DNA of 64,000 nt from Polyangiales bacterium (GTDB taxonomy: Bacteria; Myxococcota_A; Polyangia; Polyangiales; Ga0077539): contig JBGARZ010000002.1 of the NCBI GenBank assembly GCA_044229975.1, positions 832,001 to 896,000 of the forward strand, given 5' to 3'. Under the pieces are notes generated by a model. The model did not search any database, had not been told where the DNA came from, and was given only the letters and a program-made list of their open reading frames with translations. Position numbers and translations under genes: made by a program. Positions 30,138 to 39,063 of the stretch are shown piece after piece (within the stretch, counting starts at the first letter, position 1; each line of letters opens with the position of its first letter).

Positions 30138-31385
30138 ATGGGTCGCGCACGTTCCGCCTTGGTTCCCGGTCTGATGGCCTTCCTGTATGCAGCGACGCTC
30201 GCTGCCCAACCGGCGCCACGCCCAGCACCCGCGAGACCAGCACCCGCCCGACCCGCGACCCCAGCGCCCACCCCGCCAGCCGCTGCGCCGACGCCCGCGA
30301 CACCGCCGAGCGCCGCTGCTCCGACGCCGCCCACCATCGACCCCGCGGCCCCCGCGACGCCTCCGAGCACACCCGCTGACCTCCCGCCGCCACCACCCGG
30401 TGCCGTCGTGGCGACGCCTCCGCCTCCCGCGACACCGACGGCTCCCGTCACCGACGGACCGCGCACCGCCATCATCGACGCGGCGCCCATCGGGGTCGAT
30501 CCGGCGGCAGGTCGCTACGTTACCACGGTGCTCCGTGATGCGGTCGCAGCCCTCGGTTTTCAGGTCATTCCGCAGGCCGAGCTCTACGACGCCGCGCGAC
30601 GTCTCGCGTTGCCCTTCCCTGTTCCGGCGGATGGTGTCTTCACCCTCGAACGCGCGCTCCAGGCGCCCCTCGCGGTGACCGCCGAGGTGCGCGCCGCGCA
30701 GGGTCAGTACGTGGTGCACCTCCGCGTGCGCGTCGCGGTCGAGCGCGAGGAGCGCACCCGTGACGTGACGGCCACGCAGTTTCAGTTGGGGGCGGCGCTG
30801 CGAGAGGCGCTGCCGCCGCTGCTCGTCCCGCCGCGCATCGAGCCGACCCCCCCGTTGATGGTGAGCGAGGACGGCCCGGCCGCGCAGCCCGCCACTCCCG
30901 CGCGTCCAACGGCAGGCCCGACGACACCTGCCCGCAGGCGACGCACGCCGCGGGCGCATCCGCAGCGCTGGGAGGCCAGCATCGGCGCCATCGCGGCGCT
31001 CGGCCCGGGACGCGACGGCTTCGTCAACGCCCTCGCCCTCGCGCGGCTCTCGTTCTTCTTCAAGGACCGCCTCGGCGTCTCGCTCGCGGCCGCGTACGTC
31101 AACCTCCGCGGTCGCGAGGAGCGTGTGTCCAACGTGCTCGTGCTCGCCGGCGTCGAGACGGCCGTCGACCTCCTCCCCGACCGCCGCATCTTCATCCCGC
31201 TGCGCGCCGAGATCGGGTACCTGCCCAACAACGGGCCGGTGTTTCGGTTGACCGCGGGCGTGAGCTTCTCCCTCGCGCGCCGGGTGCGGCTCAACGTCGA
31301 TCTGCTGTCGCCGACGCTCTGGGTGCTGCCCGGGAGCACGCCCGTGACGCTCGACCTCGGCGCCCACCTCGCCATCGGCTTCTGA
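30138..31385 (+). CDS. Secreted Pro/Ala-rich protein with C-terminal outer-membrane beta-barrel
   Basis: Signal peptide, PAPARP-type repeats, alternating beta strands, terminal LGAHLAIGF beta-signal. Confidence 0.7.
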   Translation: MGRARSALVPGLMAFLYAATLAAQPAPRPAPARPAPARPATPAPTPPAAAPTPATPPSAAAPTPPTIDPAAPATPPSTPADLPPPPPGAVVATPPPPATPTAPVTDGPRTAIIDAAPIGVDPAAGRYVTTVLRDAVAALGFQVIPQAELYDAARRLALPFPVPADGVFTLERALQAPLAVTAEVRAAQGQYVVHLRVRVAVEREERTRDVTATQFQLGAALREALPPLLVPPRIEPTPPLMVSEDGPAAQPATPARPTAGPTTPARRRRTPRAHPQRWEASIGAIAALGPGRDGFVNALALARLSFFFKDRLGVSLAAAYVNLRGREERVSNVLVLAGVETAVDLLPDRRIFIPLRAEIGYLPNNGPVFRLTAGVSFSLARRVRLNVDLLSPTLWVLPGSTPVTLDLGAHLAIGF

Positions 31386-31418
31386 GCGCGCCATGCTGCG
31401 ACCCCATTGAGGTGGTCG

Positions 31419-32453
31419 ATGGTTCCGCTGTGCGCGACGTGTGGTGAGGGAGTCTCCGAGGGTCAGCGCTGTTCGCACTGCGACGCTGATCCGCCCGCGT
31501 GGCAGCCGATCCCGCGCGACCTCGTCAGCCTGGTCTTCGGAGCGCTCGGCCTGCTCGGCGGCCTCACGATGGCGCTCCTGGCAGTGCGCTTCGTCGTCAC
31601 GAGCTGGGGTGGCGTCTTCGAGACCATCGGGGCCGTCCTCCTCGGTGTAGCGGGCGTTGTCGTCGGCGCCGCGCTCGCCCACGGCAGCACCGAGGCGCTG
31701 CTGCGACAGCGCTCCTGGCGCCATCCCGTCGCAGGTCGGCGCCAGGCATACGCAGTGACCCGCGGCGACCGCGTGGTGAGCGCTCACGGCGGCGGACGCA
31801 TCGTCGGTCGACCCATGGCGGTCACCATCACAGGCCCTCGCGGCATCGAGGCCTTCGCCCACTACGCGACCCTCCGTACCCTCGTCGCAACGACCTATGC
31901 AGTCCCTGGGATGGCTCGGGTCGACCTCGCGCTCGCGGCGGCCCTGATCGCCCTCGCGGCGCGCGGACGCGTCGCGCTGCGGACGAACTCGCACGTGTCG
32001 TGGTGGCGCGACGGCGAACGACTCTCTCGCACCGAGGCCACGCAGGGCGTCGACGTGCGGCGCGTCGACGTTCCGTCCGCGATCGCGCACGAAGAGCTCG
32101 CCGAGCGAACGCTGCTCGCGGCCCTCCCCTCGCCCGCGTCGGAGGTTGCCTCGACCGAGGGCGCGTTGCCCTACCGCGTCGCCGCGACACCGACTGCCCG
32201 CAATGTAGCGGAGGCGCCGTGGGTGGCGCTCCCCGAGGTGGTGTTCGCGATGTCCGGTGGCGATGCGGGATACCGTCGTGGACTTCGGGCGCGCATGGAG
32301 TCTTCGATGGCCCAGGCCGAGCGGCTCCAGTCGGTGGGCGACGCGAGCGCGGCCCTGACCGCGGCCCTCGATGGCCTCGGCAGCCGACCCCTCGCGACGA
32401 CGCTGCTCCAGGAGATCCGCCGGGGCTTCGAGCTGCGACCACCGACCTCATAG
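31419..32453 (+). CDS. Hypothetical membrane protein with N-terminal zinc ribbon
   Basis: CATC...CSHC followed by two TM helices. Confidence 0.6.
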   Translation: MVPLCATCGEGVSEGQRCSHCDADPPAWQPIPRDLVSLVFGALGLLGGLTMALLAVRFVVTSWGGVFETIGAVLLGVAGVVVGAALAHGSTEALLRQRSWRHPVAGRRQAYAVTRGDRVVSAHGGGRIVGRPMAVTITGPRGIEAFAHYATLRTLVATTYAVPGMARVDLALAAALIALAARGRVALRTNSHVSWWRDGERLSRTEATQGVDVRRVDVPSAIAHEELAERTLLAALPSPASEVASTEGALPYRVAATPTARNVAEAPWVALPEVVFAMSGGDAGYRRGLRARMESSMAQAERLQSVGDASAALTAALDGLGSRPLATTLLQEIRRGFELRPPTS

Positions 32454-32551
32454 CGGGACAGGCAACGTCTCTGCGCCGAACACAACCCGTTGCGACGCGG
32501 AGCCCGCGCGCATAGGGTCCGCGCCCCCTTCAACTCGCGGAGATCTCGGAC

Positions 32552-34825
32552 ATGGCGCTCGACCCGGTGGTGGTGATTGCAGAGGAGCTGGGCGTCGCGG
32601 CGCGCGGCGTCCACGCGGTGGTCGAGCTGCTCGTGGGCGGGGCGACGGTGCCCTTCATCGCGCGCTACCGGAAGGAGGCGACCAACGGCCTCGACGAGGT
32701 GCAGATCCGCGCCATCGAAGAGCGCCACGCCTACCTGAAGGAGCTCGAAGAGCGACGCGCCGCCGTGCTCGAAGAGATCGGCAAGCAGGGCAAGCTCGAC
32801 GACGCGCTGCGCGACCGCATCCTCGCGTGCCGCGTGAAGTCCGAGCTCGAAGACCTCTACCTCCCCTTCAAGCCCAAGCGCCGCACCCGGGCGATGATCG
32901 CCCGCGAGAAGGGACTCGACCCGCTCGCACAGCGCATCGCCTCGCAGGCTGCCGAGGGTGATCCCACCGCAGAGGCGCAGCGCTTCGTCGACGCCGAGAA
33001 GGGTGTCGCGACGGTGAAGGAGGCGCTCCAGGGCGCGCGGGACATCGTCGCCGAGTCCATCGCCGAGACGCCAGCCGTGCGCACGTGGGCGCGCGAGCTC
33101 TACCTCGACGAGGCCGTGCTCACCGTCGTGAAGGCGCCGGAGGTCAACGCGCCGACGAAGTTCGAGGCGTACTACGACTTCCGCGAGGCGGTTCGCACGC
33201 TGCCGTCACACCGCTTCCTCGCCGTGCGCCGCGGCGAGGCCGACAACGTGCTGCGCTCGGAGCTGGAGGTCGACACCGCCCGCTGCATCGCCCACCTCGG
33301 CGTGCTCGGCGGTCGTCGCCCGGCCTCGCCCTGGTGCGAGCAGATGGACCTCGCCGCCACCGACGCCTGGAAGCGCCTCGTCGCCCCGTCCATCGAGAGC
33401 GAGGTGCGCGTCGAGCTCAAGCTGCGGGCCGATCGGGGCGCCGTCGACGTCTTCGCGCAAAACCTCCGGGCGCTCCTCCTCGCAGCGCCGCTCGGCGCAC
33501 GCACCGTCATCGGCATCGACCCCGGCCAGCGCACCGGCTGCAAGGTCGCCGTCGTCGACGCCACGGGCCGCATGCTCGACCACACCGTGCTCATGCTGGT
33601 GCAGGGTGACGCCTCGGTCGCGCGCGCCGCGGAGACGCTCAAGGCGCTGGTGGCGAAGTACAAGCCCGCGGCCGTCGCGGTGGGCAACGGAACGCACGGG
33701 CGCGAGACCGAAGCCTTCGTGCGCGAGGTGCTGGGCGCTTCGGGCGGAGTGTTCGCGGTGATGGTGAGCGAGTCGGGCGCGAGCGTGTACTCGGCGTCGG
33801 ACGTCGCGCGCGAGGAGTTTCCCGACCTCGACCTGACCGTGCGCGGCGCCATCTCCATCGCGCGTCGACTGCAAGACCCCCTGGCCGAGCTGGTGAAGGT
33901 CGACCCCAAGTCCATCGGCGTCGGGCAGTACCAGCACGACGTCTTCCAGGCGCTGCTCGCGCGCAAGCTCGACGAGGTCGTCGAGAGCTGCGTGAACTCC
34001 GTCGGCGTCGAGCTCAACACCGCGAGCGCCCCGCTGCTGGCGCGCGTCGCGGGCATCGGGCCCACCATGGCGCGGCGCATCGTGTCGCATCGCGAGACGG
34101 CCGGGGCGTTCAAGTCGCGCAAGGAGCTGCTCGACGTGGCGGGCGTCGGGCCGAAGACCTTCGAGCAGTGCGCGGGCTTCCTTCGCGTGCGCGAGGGCAC
34201 CGACCCCTTGGACGCATCGGCGGTGCACCCCGAGCGCTACGGCGTCGTCGAGGCCATGGCGAAAGACCTCGGCACCGACGTCAGCACGCTCGTCGGCAAC
34301 GCCGCCCTCGCCGCCAAGGTGCAGTGGCAACGCTACGTCTCCGGCGACCTCGGCGAGTTCACGCTGCGCGACATCCTCATGGAACTCCAGAAGCCCGGCC
34401 GCGACCCGCGCGCCGACTTCGAGGCGCCGAAGTTTCGCGACGACGTCCGCTCGATGGAAGACCTCAAGCCCGGCATGCCGCTGGAGGGCGTGGTCACCAA
34501 CGTCACGGCCTTCGGGGCCTTCGTCGACGTGGGCGTCCACCAGGACGGGCTCGTGCACGTCTCGCAGCTCTCCGATCGCTTCGTCCGCGACCCATCGGAG
34601 GTGGTGCGCGCGGGCGACAAGCTGAAGGTGCGCGTGCTGGAGGTCGACCTCGTCCGCAAGCGCATCTCGCTCACGGCGAAGTCGGGCGCCATCACGCCGA
34701 AGCCCGCGGGCGACGCGCCGAGGCCGCAGCGCGGCGGGCCGCCGGGGCGACAGCAGCAACCGCAAGCGCAACCGCCGAAGCAGGAGTTCAAGAACAACCC
34801 CTTCGAGCGCCTGCTCAAGCGGTAG
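32552..34825 (+). CDS. tex: Tex (YhgF) RNA-binding transcription accessory protein
   Basis: TVPFIARYRKE, GIDPG.RTGCK, ESGASVYSAS, IGVGQYQHD, S1 domain FGAFVDVGVHQDGLVH. Confidence 0.97.
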   Translation: MALDPVVVIAEELGVAARGVHAVVELLVGGATVPFIARYRKEATNGLDEVQIRAIEERHAYLKELEERRAAVLEEIGKQGKLDDALRDRILACRVKSELEDLYLPFKPKRRTRAMIAREKGLDPLAQRIASQAAEGDPTAEAQRFVDAEKGVATVKEALQGARDIVAESIAETPAVRTWARELYLDEAVLTVVKAPEVNAPTKFEAYYDFREAVRTLPSHRFLAVRRGEADNVLRSELEVDTARCIAHLGVLGGRRPASPWCEQMDLAATDAWKRLVAPSIESEVRVELKLRADRGAVDVFAQNLRALLLAAPLGARTVIGIDPGQRTGCKVAVVDATGRMLDHTVLMLVQGDASVARAAETLKALVAKYKPAAVAVGNGTHGRETEAFVREVLGASGGVFAVMVSESGASVYSASDVAREEFPDLDLTVRGAISIARRLQDPLAELVKVDPKSIGVGQYQHDVFQALLARKLDEVVESCVNSVGVELNTASAPLLARVAGIGPTMARRIVSHRETAGAFKSRKELLDVAGVGPKTFEQCAGFLRVREGTDPLDASAVHPERYGVVEAMAKDLGTDVSTLVGNAALAAKVQWQRYVSGDLGEFTLRDILMELQKPGRDPRADFEAPKFRDDVRSMEDLKPGMPLEGVVTNVTAFGAFVDVGVHQDGLVHVSQLSDRFVRDPSEVVRAGDKLKVRVLEVDLVRKRISLTAKSGAITPKPAGDAPRPQRGGPPGRQQQPQAQPPKQEFKNNPFERLLKR

Positions 34826-35030
34826 TGCGCGCGTTGTAGCGTCCCGCGTCGGGCATCGCCGTCGAAGGCACGCTCGGCGGAGGGGGCGTCGGTAGCGTTC
34901 GCCTCGGTGCGCGTAGCTCGAACGACGTACCGAACGCCGGGCGTTGGATTCCTTCAGCGAGCCATCCAACGCGCGGGGGTCGGACGTTGCGCCGCACGCC
35001 TATCCCCCGTTGGCCCGCCACCGGGCCGGT

Positions 35031-35136
35031 CGATAGCCCGAGGTCATCCTCAACCTGCGTTCGCCGGTTCGCCGATAGCCCAGGGTCATCCTCCGACCGC
35101 TTTCGACCTCCCCGTCGATGACCCCGCGTCATCCCG
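35031..35136. repeat. Degenerate direct repeat with 42-43 bp period (three cores) between convergent genes
   Basis: cgatagcccgaggtcatcctc (35031), cgatagcccagggtcatcctc (35073), cgatgaccccgcgtcatcccg (35116). Confidence 0.6.
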
Positions 35137-35170
35137 CGCACCGTGGGCGTGGTCGGGCGCTCGCCATGAC

Positions 35171-36415
35171 TCACCCCGAGCGCACGCCGCGATCGAGCCG
35201 GTCGAGCCTCCGCAGCGACGGAAACAACCCCGCCCACAACCCCACCACCAGCAGCGTTCCGACGCCGCCGAGCACCACCGCGCGCACCGGGCCGATCCAC
35301 GACGCCACCTGCCCCGACTCCCACTCCCCGAGCTCGTTGGAGGCGCCCACGAACACCAGGTTCACGGCGCCCACCCTCCCCCGCATCGCGTCGGGCGTCG
35401 CGAGCTGCACCGCGTGCTGTCGCACCACCACGCTGATCATGTCCGAAGCGCCCACGACGACGAGCATCGCGATGGAAAGCCACAGGTTGCGCGAGAGCCC
35501 GAAGGCGATGGTCGAGGCCCCGAACACTGCGACGCTGCCGAGCATCCACCAGCCCGCGTGGCGGCTGAGCGGCTTGTACGCGAGCCACACGGCCATCAGC
35601 GTCGCGCCCACCGCCGGGGCGCTTCGCAGCAGGCCCAGCGACCACTTCTCGGCGTGCAGGATGTCCTGCGCGAACATCGGCATCAGCGCGACGGCGCCGC
35701 CCAACAGCACCGCGAAGAGGTCGAGGGAGATGAGTCCCAGCACGAGGCGCTGGGTCCAGACGTAGCGCACGCCCGCGATGAGGTCGTCCCACGACGACGC
35801 GCGCGGGGCCGTCGGTCGCGTCGAGGGCAGCGGAGTCACCGTGGCGACGAGCGCCGCTGCCAGGGCCGAGCCGAGGGTCGCCAGGAGGTAGACCGCGCCG
35901 GGACCGCGCCGGTCGTAGAGGACGCCGCCAAGCGACGGGCCGACGAGGGTCGCGCCCTGCCACACCGTCGACCCGATGGAGACCGCGCTGCCGAGCAGGG
36001 TGTCGGGGACGAGGTTGGGCACCAGGGCCTGCGACGCGGGCCCCGAGAACGCGCGCGCGGTGCCGAGGAGCGCGAGCACCGCGTAGACGGGCGCGACGGT
36101 GGTGACGCCCTGGCGGGTGAGCGCGTAGAGCACCGCCCAGCCGACGGCGATGAGCGTGTGGCAGACGAGCACCACGCGACGGCGATCGAAGCGGTCGGCG
36201 ACGGCGCCGCTCGGGAGCGCGAGCAGCATCGCGGGGAGAAACTGCGCGAGCCCGACGTACCCGAGCGCGCGGGCGCTGTGGGTGGTCGTGTAGACCTGCC
36301 AGCCGATGGCGACGCCCGCCATCTGCGTGCTCAGCACCGACGCGAGGCGCGCGAGCTGGTAGTTGCGGAAGGAGACGACCCGTAGCGCCGCGAAGGCTCC
36401 GCCCGACTCAGACAC
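35171..36415 (-). CDS. MFS transporter (MFS_3/EntS-like)
   Basis: About 12 TM; GAVADRFDRR; LDLFAVLLGGA.ALMP; RGRV...SNELG. Confidence 0.9.
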   Translation of the reverse strand: MSESGGAFAALRVVSFRNYQLARLASVLSTQMAGVAIGWQVYTTTHSARALGYVGLAQFLPAMLLALPSGAVADRFDRRRVVLVCHTLIAVGWAVLYALTRQGVTTVAPVYAVLALLGTARAFSGPASQALVPNLVPDTLLGSAVSIGSTVWQGATLVGPSLGGVLYDRRGPGAVYLLATLGSALAAALVATVTPLPSTRPTAPRASSWDDLIAGVRYVWTQRLVLGLISLDLFAVLLGGAVALMPMFAQDILHAEKWSLGLLRSAPAVGATLMAVWLAYKPLSRHAGWWMLGSVAVFGASTIAFGLSRNLWLSIAMLVVVGASDMISVVVRQHAVQLATPDAMRGRVGAVNLVFVGASNELGEWESGQVASWIGPVRAVVLGGVGTLLVVGLWAGLFPSLRRLDRLDRGVRSG

Positions 36416-38300
36416 CGCGGGACGCTCTCCCGGCGAGGAGCAGCCTCTCGGCAAGCTCCATCGCATCGGCGGGCCAGAACTCCATGGGCCGCGGTCGATA
36501 CGCCCCCGCCTCGCGCAGCGGTCGACACGAGAGCAGTCGGCGCCGCCAGCGCAGCGGGACGGCGTCGCGCCCGTGGATGGCGCCGAGCAGCGCGCCCGCG
36601 ATGGCGGCGTTGGTGTCCGTGTCGCCGCCGCGGCCGACGGTGTCGACGATGCCGTCCTCCAGCGAGGGCGCGTGCAGCGCTTGATAGAAGGCGTTGTGGA
36701 AGGCGATGCAGACCCAGCCCATCTGCCGATAGAACTCCTGCGGTGCTCCGCTCCGCGCCGCGTCGAGCATGTCCGCGATGGTGGGATCGCAGCCCGGTCG
36801 GTGCGCCTCCTCCAACGCGTAGCCCCACGCGGCCTCGCCGTCGCCGCCGTGCGCGACGACCGCGGCGATGGCGCGCACGTACACCGCGCAGGCGTCGCGG
36901 CAGAGCGGGTGCGGGTGCGTAAAGGCGCTGTCCTGGGAGGCCATCCGCGCGGCACCCGTGGGGTCGGCCGCGCCAAAGATCGCCAGCGGCGAGACGCGCA
37001 TGAGCGACCCGTTGGCCTGGCTCTCCCGCGACGCGGCGGCCAGCACTCGCGCGAGACGCTCGGCGGGGTTGCCCTCACCGACGGCCCCGGCCGCGAGCGC
37101 GGCGGTGATGGTTCCGCCCTTGTCGAAGGGTCGCGAGGTGATCCAGTGGAGGTAGGACTCGACGACGGCCTCGGGGTCGTAGCGCGTGTCACGAACGAGC
37201 GTGCGCGCCAGCATCAGCGCGAGCTCCGAGTCGTCGGTCGCCTGCCCCGCGAAGGTGCGCCAGTGGCCGCGGTCACTGAGCTCGCGCACCCCGTGCGGGA
37301 ACTCCCGCGCGATGCGCTCGGCCGACTGAAACTCCACCTGACCACCGAGGGCGTCGCCCACGAGCTGCCCGATGAGGCAGCCCTGCGCGCGGGACAGCAC
37401 CCCGACATCGTCGACATGCTGCGCCGGTCGCAGCCGCGCGAGCGGGAGCCATCCCCGCTGACCGGGCGTGTACACCTCGTGCCAGTCGCGGCCCACGAGC
37501 GAGCGCACCGCCGCCGGAGCGCCGCCAAACGCGATGACCGTCTCCATCTCCGCGAGGCGCGTGTACGTGATGGGATCGCCTGACTGGTTGATGACCGTCG
37601 CGCCGACGGCGCGGAGGAGCGCGTGCCCTGCGCAGAGGTCCCACGCGGAGGGCGTGGCGAGCGACACTGCGGCGACGGCCTCGCCCGCGGCCACGAGCGC
37701 GAAGCGATAGGCGATGCTGGGCAGCGGGCGATAGCGCCCGGGGGCGACGCAGCGGGCGTTGGCCTCGGCGGCGCGGTCGGCGTGCTGCGAGACGAACACC
37801 GGCGCGCCTTCGTCGAGCGTCACGTCGGTGAGGTCGGTGGTGAGCGCGACGCCGTTGCGGGTGACGGGGCCGCAGCCTTCGGCCCACACGAGGAGGTCGC
37901 CGTCGCCATCGGGATAGGCGTACGCGAACACCACGCCCAACACCGGCACGCCGTCGTCGAGCAGGCCGATGGACACCGCGGCGCCGCGGAAGCCCTCCAG
38001 GAAGGGGCGCGTGCCGTCGTTGGGGTCGACCACCCAGCACCGCGTCTCGGCCGGGTCGACCGCCGCGGTGAAGCCCGTCTCCTCGCCCCGCCAGTGCCAC
38101 GCGAAGCGCTCCAGCAGGGCGCCCCGCAAGAACACCTCGACCTCGGTGTCGACGTCCGCCTTGTCGCCCCCGCCGCGCGGACCGCCCTCCCGATGAAACT
38201 CCGCCAGCAGTCGTCGCCCGGCCTCCTTCGCGGCCTCCACCGCGGCGTCGAGGGCGTCTGCGAGTCCTGGGCGGAGCGGGTCCATGAGCGACGGCATCAT
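36408..38300 (-). CDS. Fusion: inositol monophosphatase-family domain plus ADP-ribosylglycohydrolase
   Basis: IMPase: GEE, WVVDPNDGT, AWDLCAG. ARH: GDALG, TDDSE, NGSLMR, THP, GGDTDTNAAIAGALLG. Confidence 0.9.
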   Translation of the reverse strand: MMPSLMDPLRPGLADALDAAVEAAKEAGRRLLAEFHREGGPRGGGDKADVDTEVEVFLRGALLERFAWHWRGEETGFTAAVDPAETRCWVVDPNDGTRPFLEGFRGAAVSIGLLDDGVPVLGVVFAYAYPDGDGDLLVWAEGCGPVTRNGVALTTDLTDVTLDEGAPVFVSQHADRAAEANARCVAPGRYRPLPSIAYRFALVAAGEAVAAVSLATPSAWDLCAGHALLRAVGATVINQSGDPITYTRLAEMETVIAFGGAPAAVRSLVGRDWHEVYTPGQRGWLPLARLRPAQHVDDVGVLSRAQGCLIGQLVGDALGGQVEFQSAERIAREFPHGVRELSDRGHWRTFAGQATDDSELALMLARTLVRDTRYDPEAVVESYLHWITSRPFDKGGTITAALAAGAVGEGNPAERLARVLAAASRESQANGSLMRVSPLAIFGAADPTGAARMASQDSAFTHPHPLCRDACAVYVRAIAAVVAHGGDGEAAWGYALEEAHRPGCDPTIADMLDAARSGAPQEFYRQMGWVCIAFHNAFYQALHAPSLEDGIVDTVGRGGDTDTNAAIAGALLGAIHGRDAVPLRWRRRLLSCRPLREAGAYRPRPMEFWPADAMELAERLLLAGRASRGV

Positions 38301-38365
38301 GGTGGCCGCTCTCCCATGTGTCACGCTGGAAAACCTCCGCCTCGCCGCGGTGTCAGAGCCCCTTC

Positions 38366-39052
38366 ATGACCCACCTCCATCGCACGCTCTCGGGCCTCAT
38401 CGCGCTCCTCGTCGCGCTGTCTCTCGCCGCGCCGGCGCAGGCCCAGGTCGACCCTCCCGGCAACGCGCGCGTGATGGCCGTGCTCGATCAGGTGCGCGCC
38501 TCGCTCCGCACCACCCGCTACACCCACGACACCCGCATCGACCCGCGCGCCGGGCGCTACGACTTCGACTGCTCCGTGATGGTCGCGTGGGTGCTCGGTC
38601 GCGCGGCGCCTCGCGCGAGGGCGGCGCTGCCGGGTGGTCGTCCCCTCGCCGTGGACTTCCATCGCACCATCGTCGCCGCGTCGACGACCCGATCGCGCAA
38701 CGGCTGGCTGCGCATCGCGCGCATCGCCGACGCCCGCCCCGGCGACGTGCTCGCCTGGCCGCGCCCCCGGTGGTTTCGCTCCAACAACACGGGCCACGTC
38801 GCCATCGTCGCGGCGACGCCGATCGTCACCGAGCGCGGGGTGCTGGTGCGCGTGACCGACGCCACCTCGGTGGGCCACCAGGACGACCCGCGCAACCGCG
38901 ACGGCGGCCCCACGGGCTTCGGCCAGGGCACCCTGCTCATCGGCACCGACCCGGTCACCGGCGAAGGCACCGCGTACGGCTGGATCGGCTCGCTGACCCC
39001 GCCCGACTGGATGATCGCGACGCCGGTGCGCATCGGCCGCGCGGTGCGCTGA
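38366..39052 (+). CDS. Secreted NlpC/P60/CHAP-like cysteine hydrolase
   Basis: Signal peptide AQA; YDFDCS, PGDVLAW, GHVAIV. Confidence 0.75.
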   Translation: MTHLHRTLSGLIALLVALSLAAPAQAQVDPPGNARVMAVLDQVRASLRTTRYTHDTRIDPRAGRYDFDCSVMVAWVLGRAAPRARAALPGGRPLAVDFHRTIVAASTTRSRNGWLRIARIADARPGDVLAWPRPRWFRSNNTGHVAIVAATPIVTERGVLVRVTDATSVGHQDDPRNRDGGPTGFGQGTLLIGTDPVTGEGTAYGWIGSLTPPDWMIATPVRIGRAVR

Positions 39053-39063
39053 GCGACGCTTCG

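Noticed and set aside
35031..35136. Possible mini-CRISPR
   Set aside because: Only three short degenerate cores with ~21-bp spacers, no leader and no cas; kept only as a generic repeat
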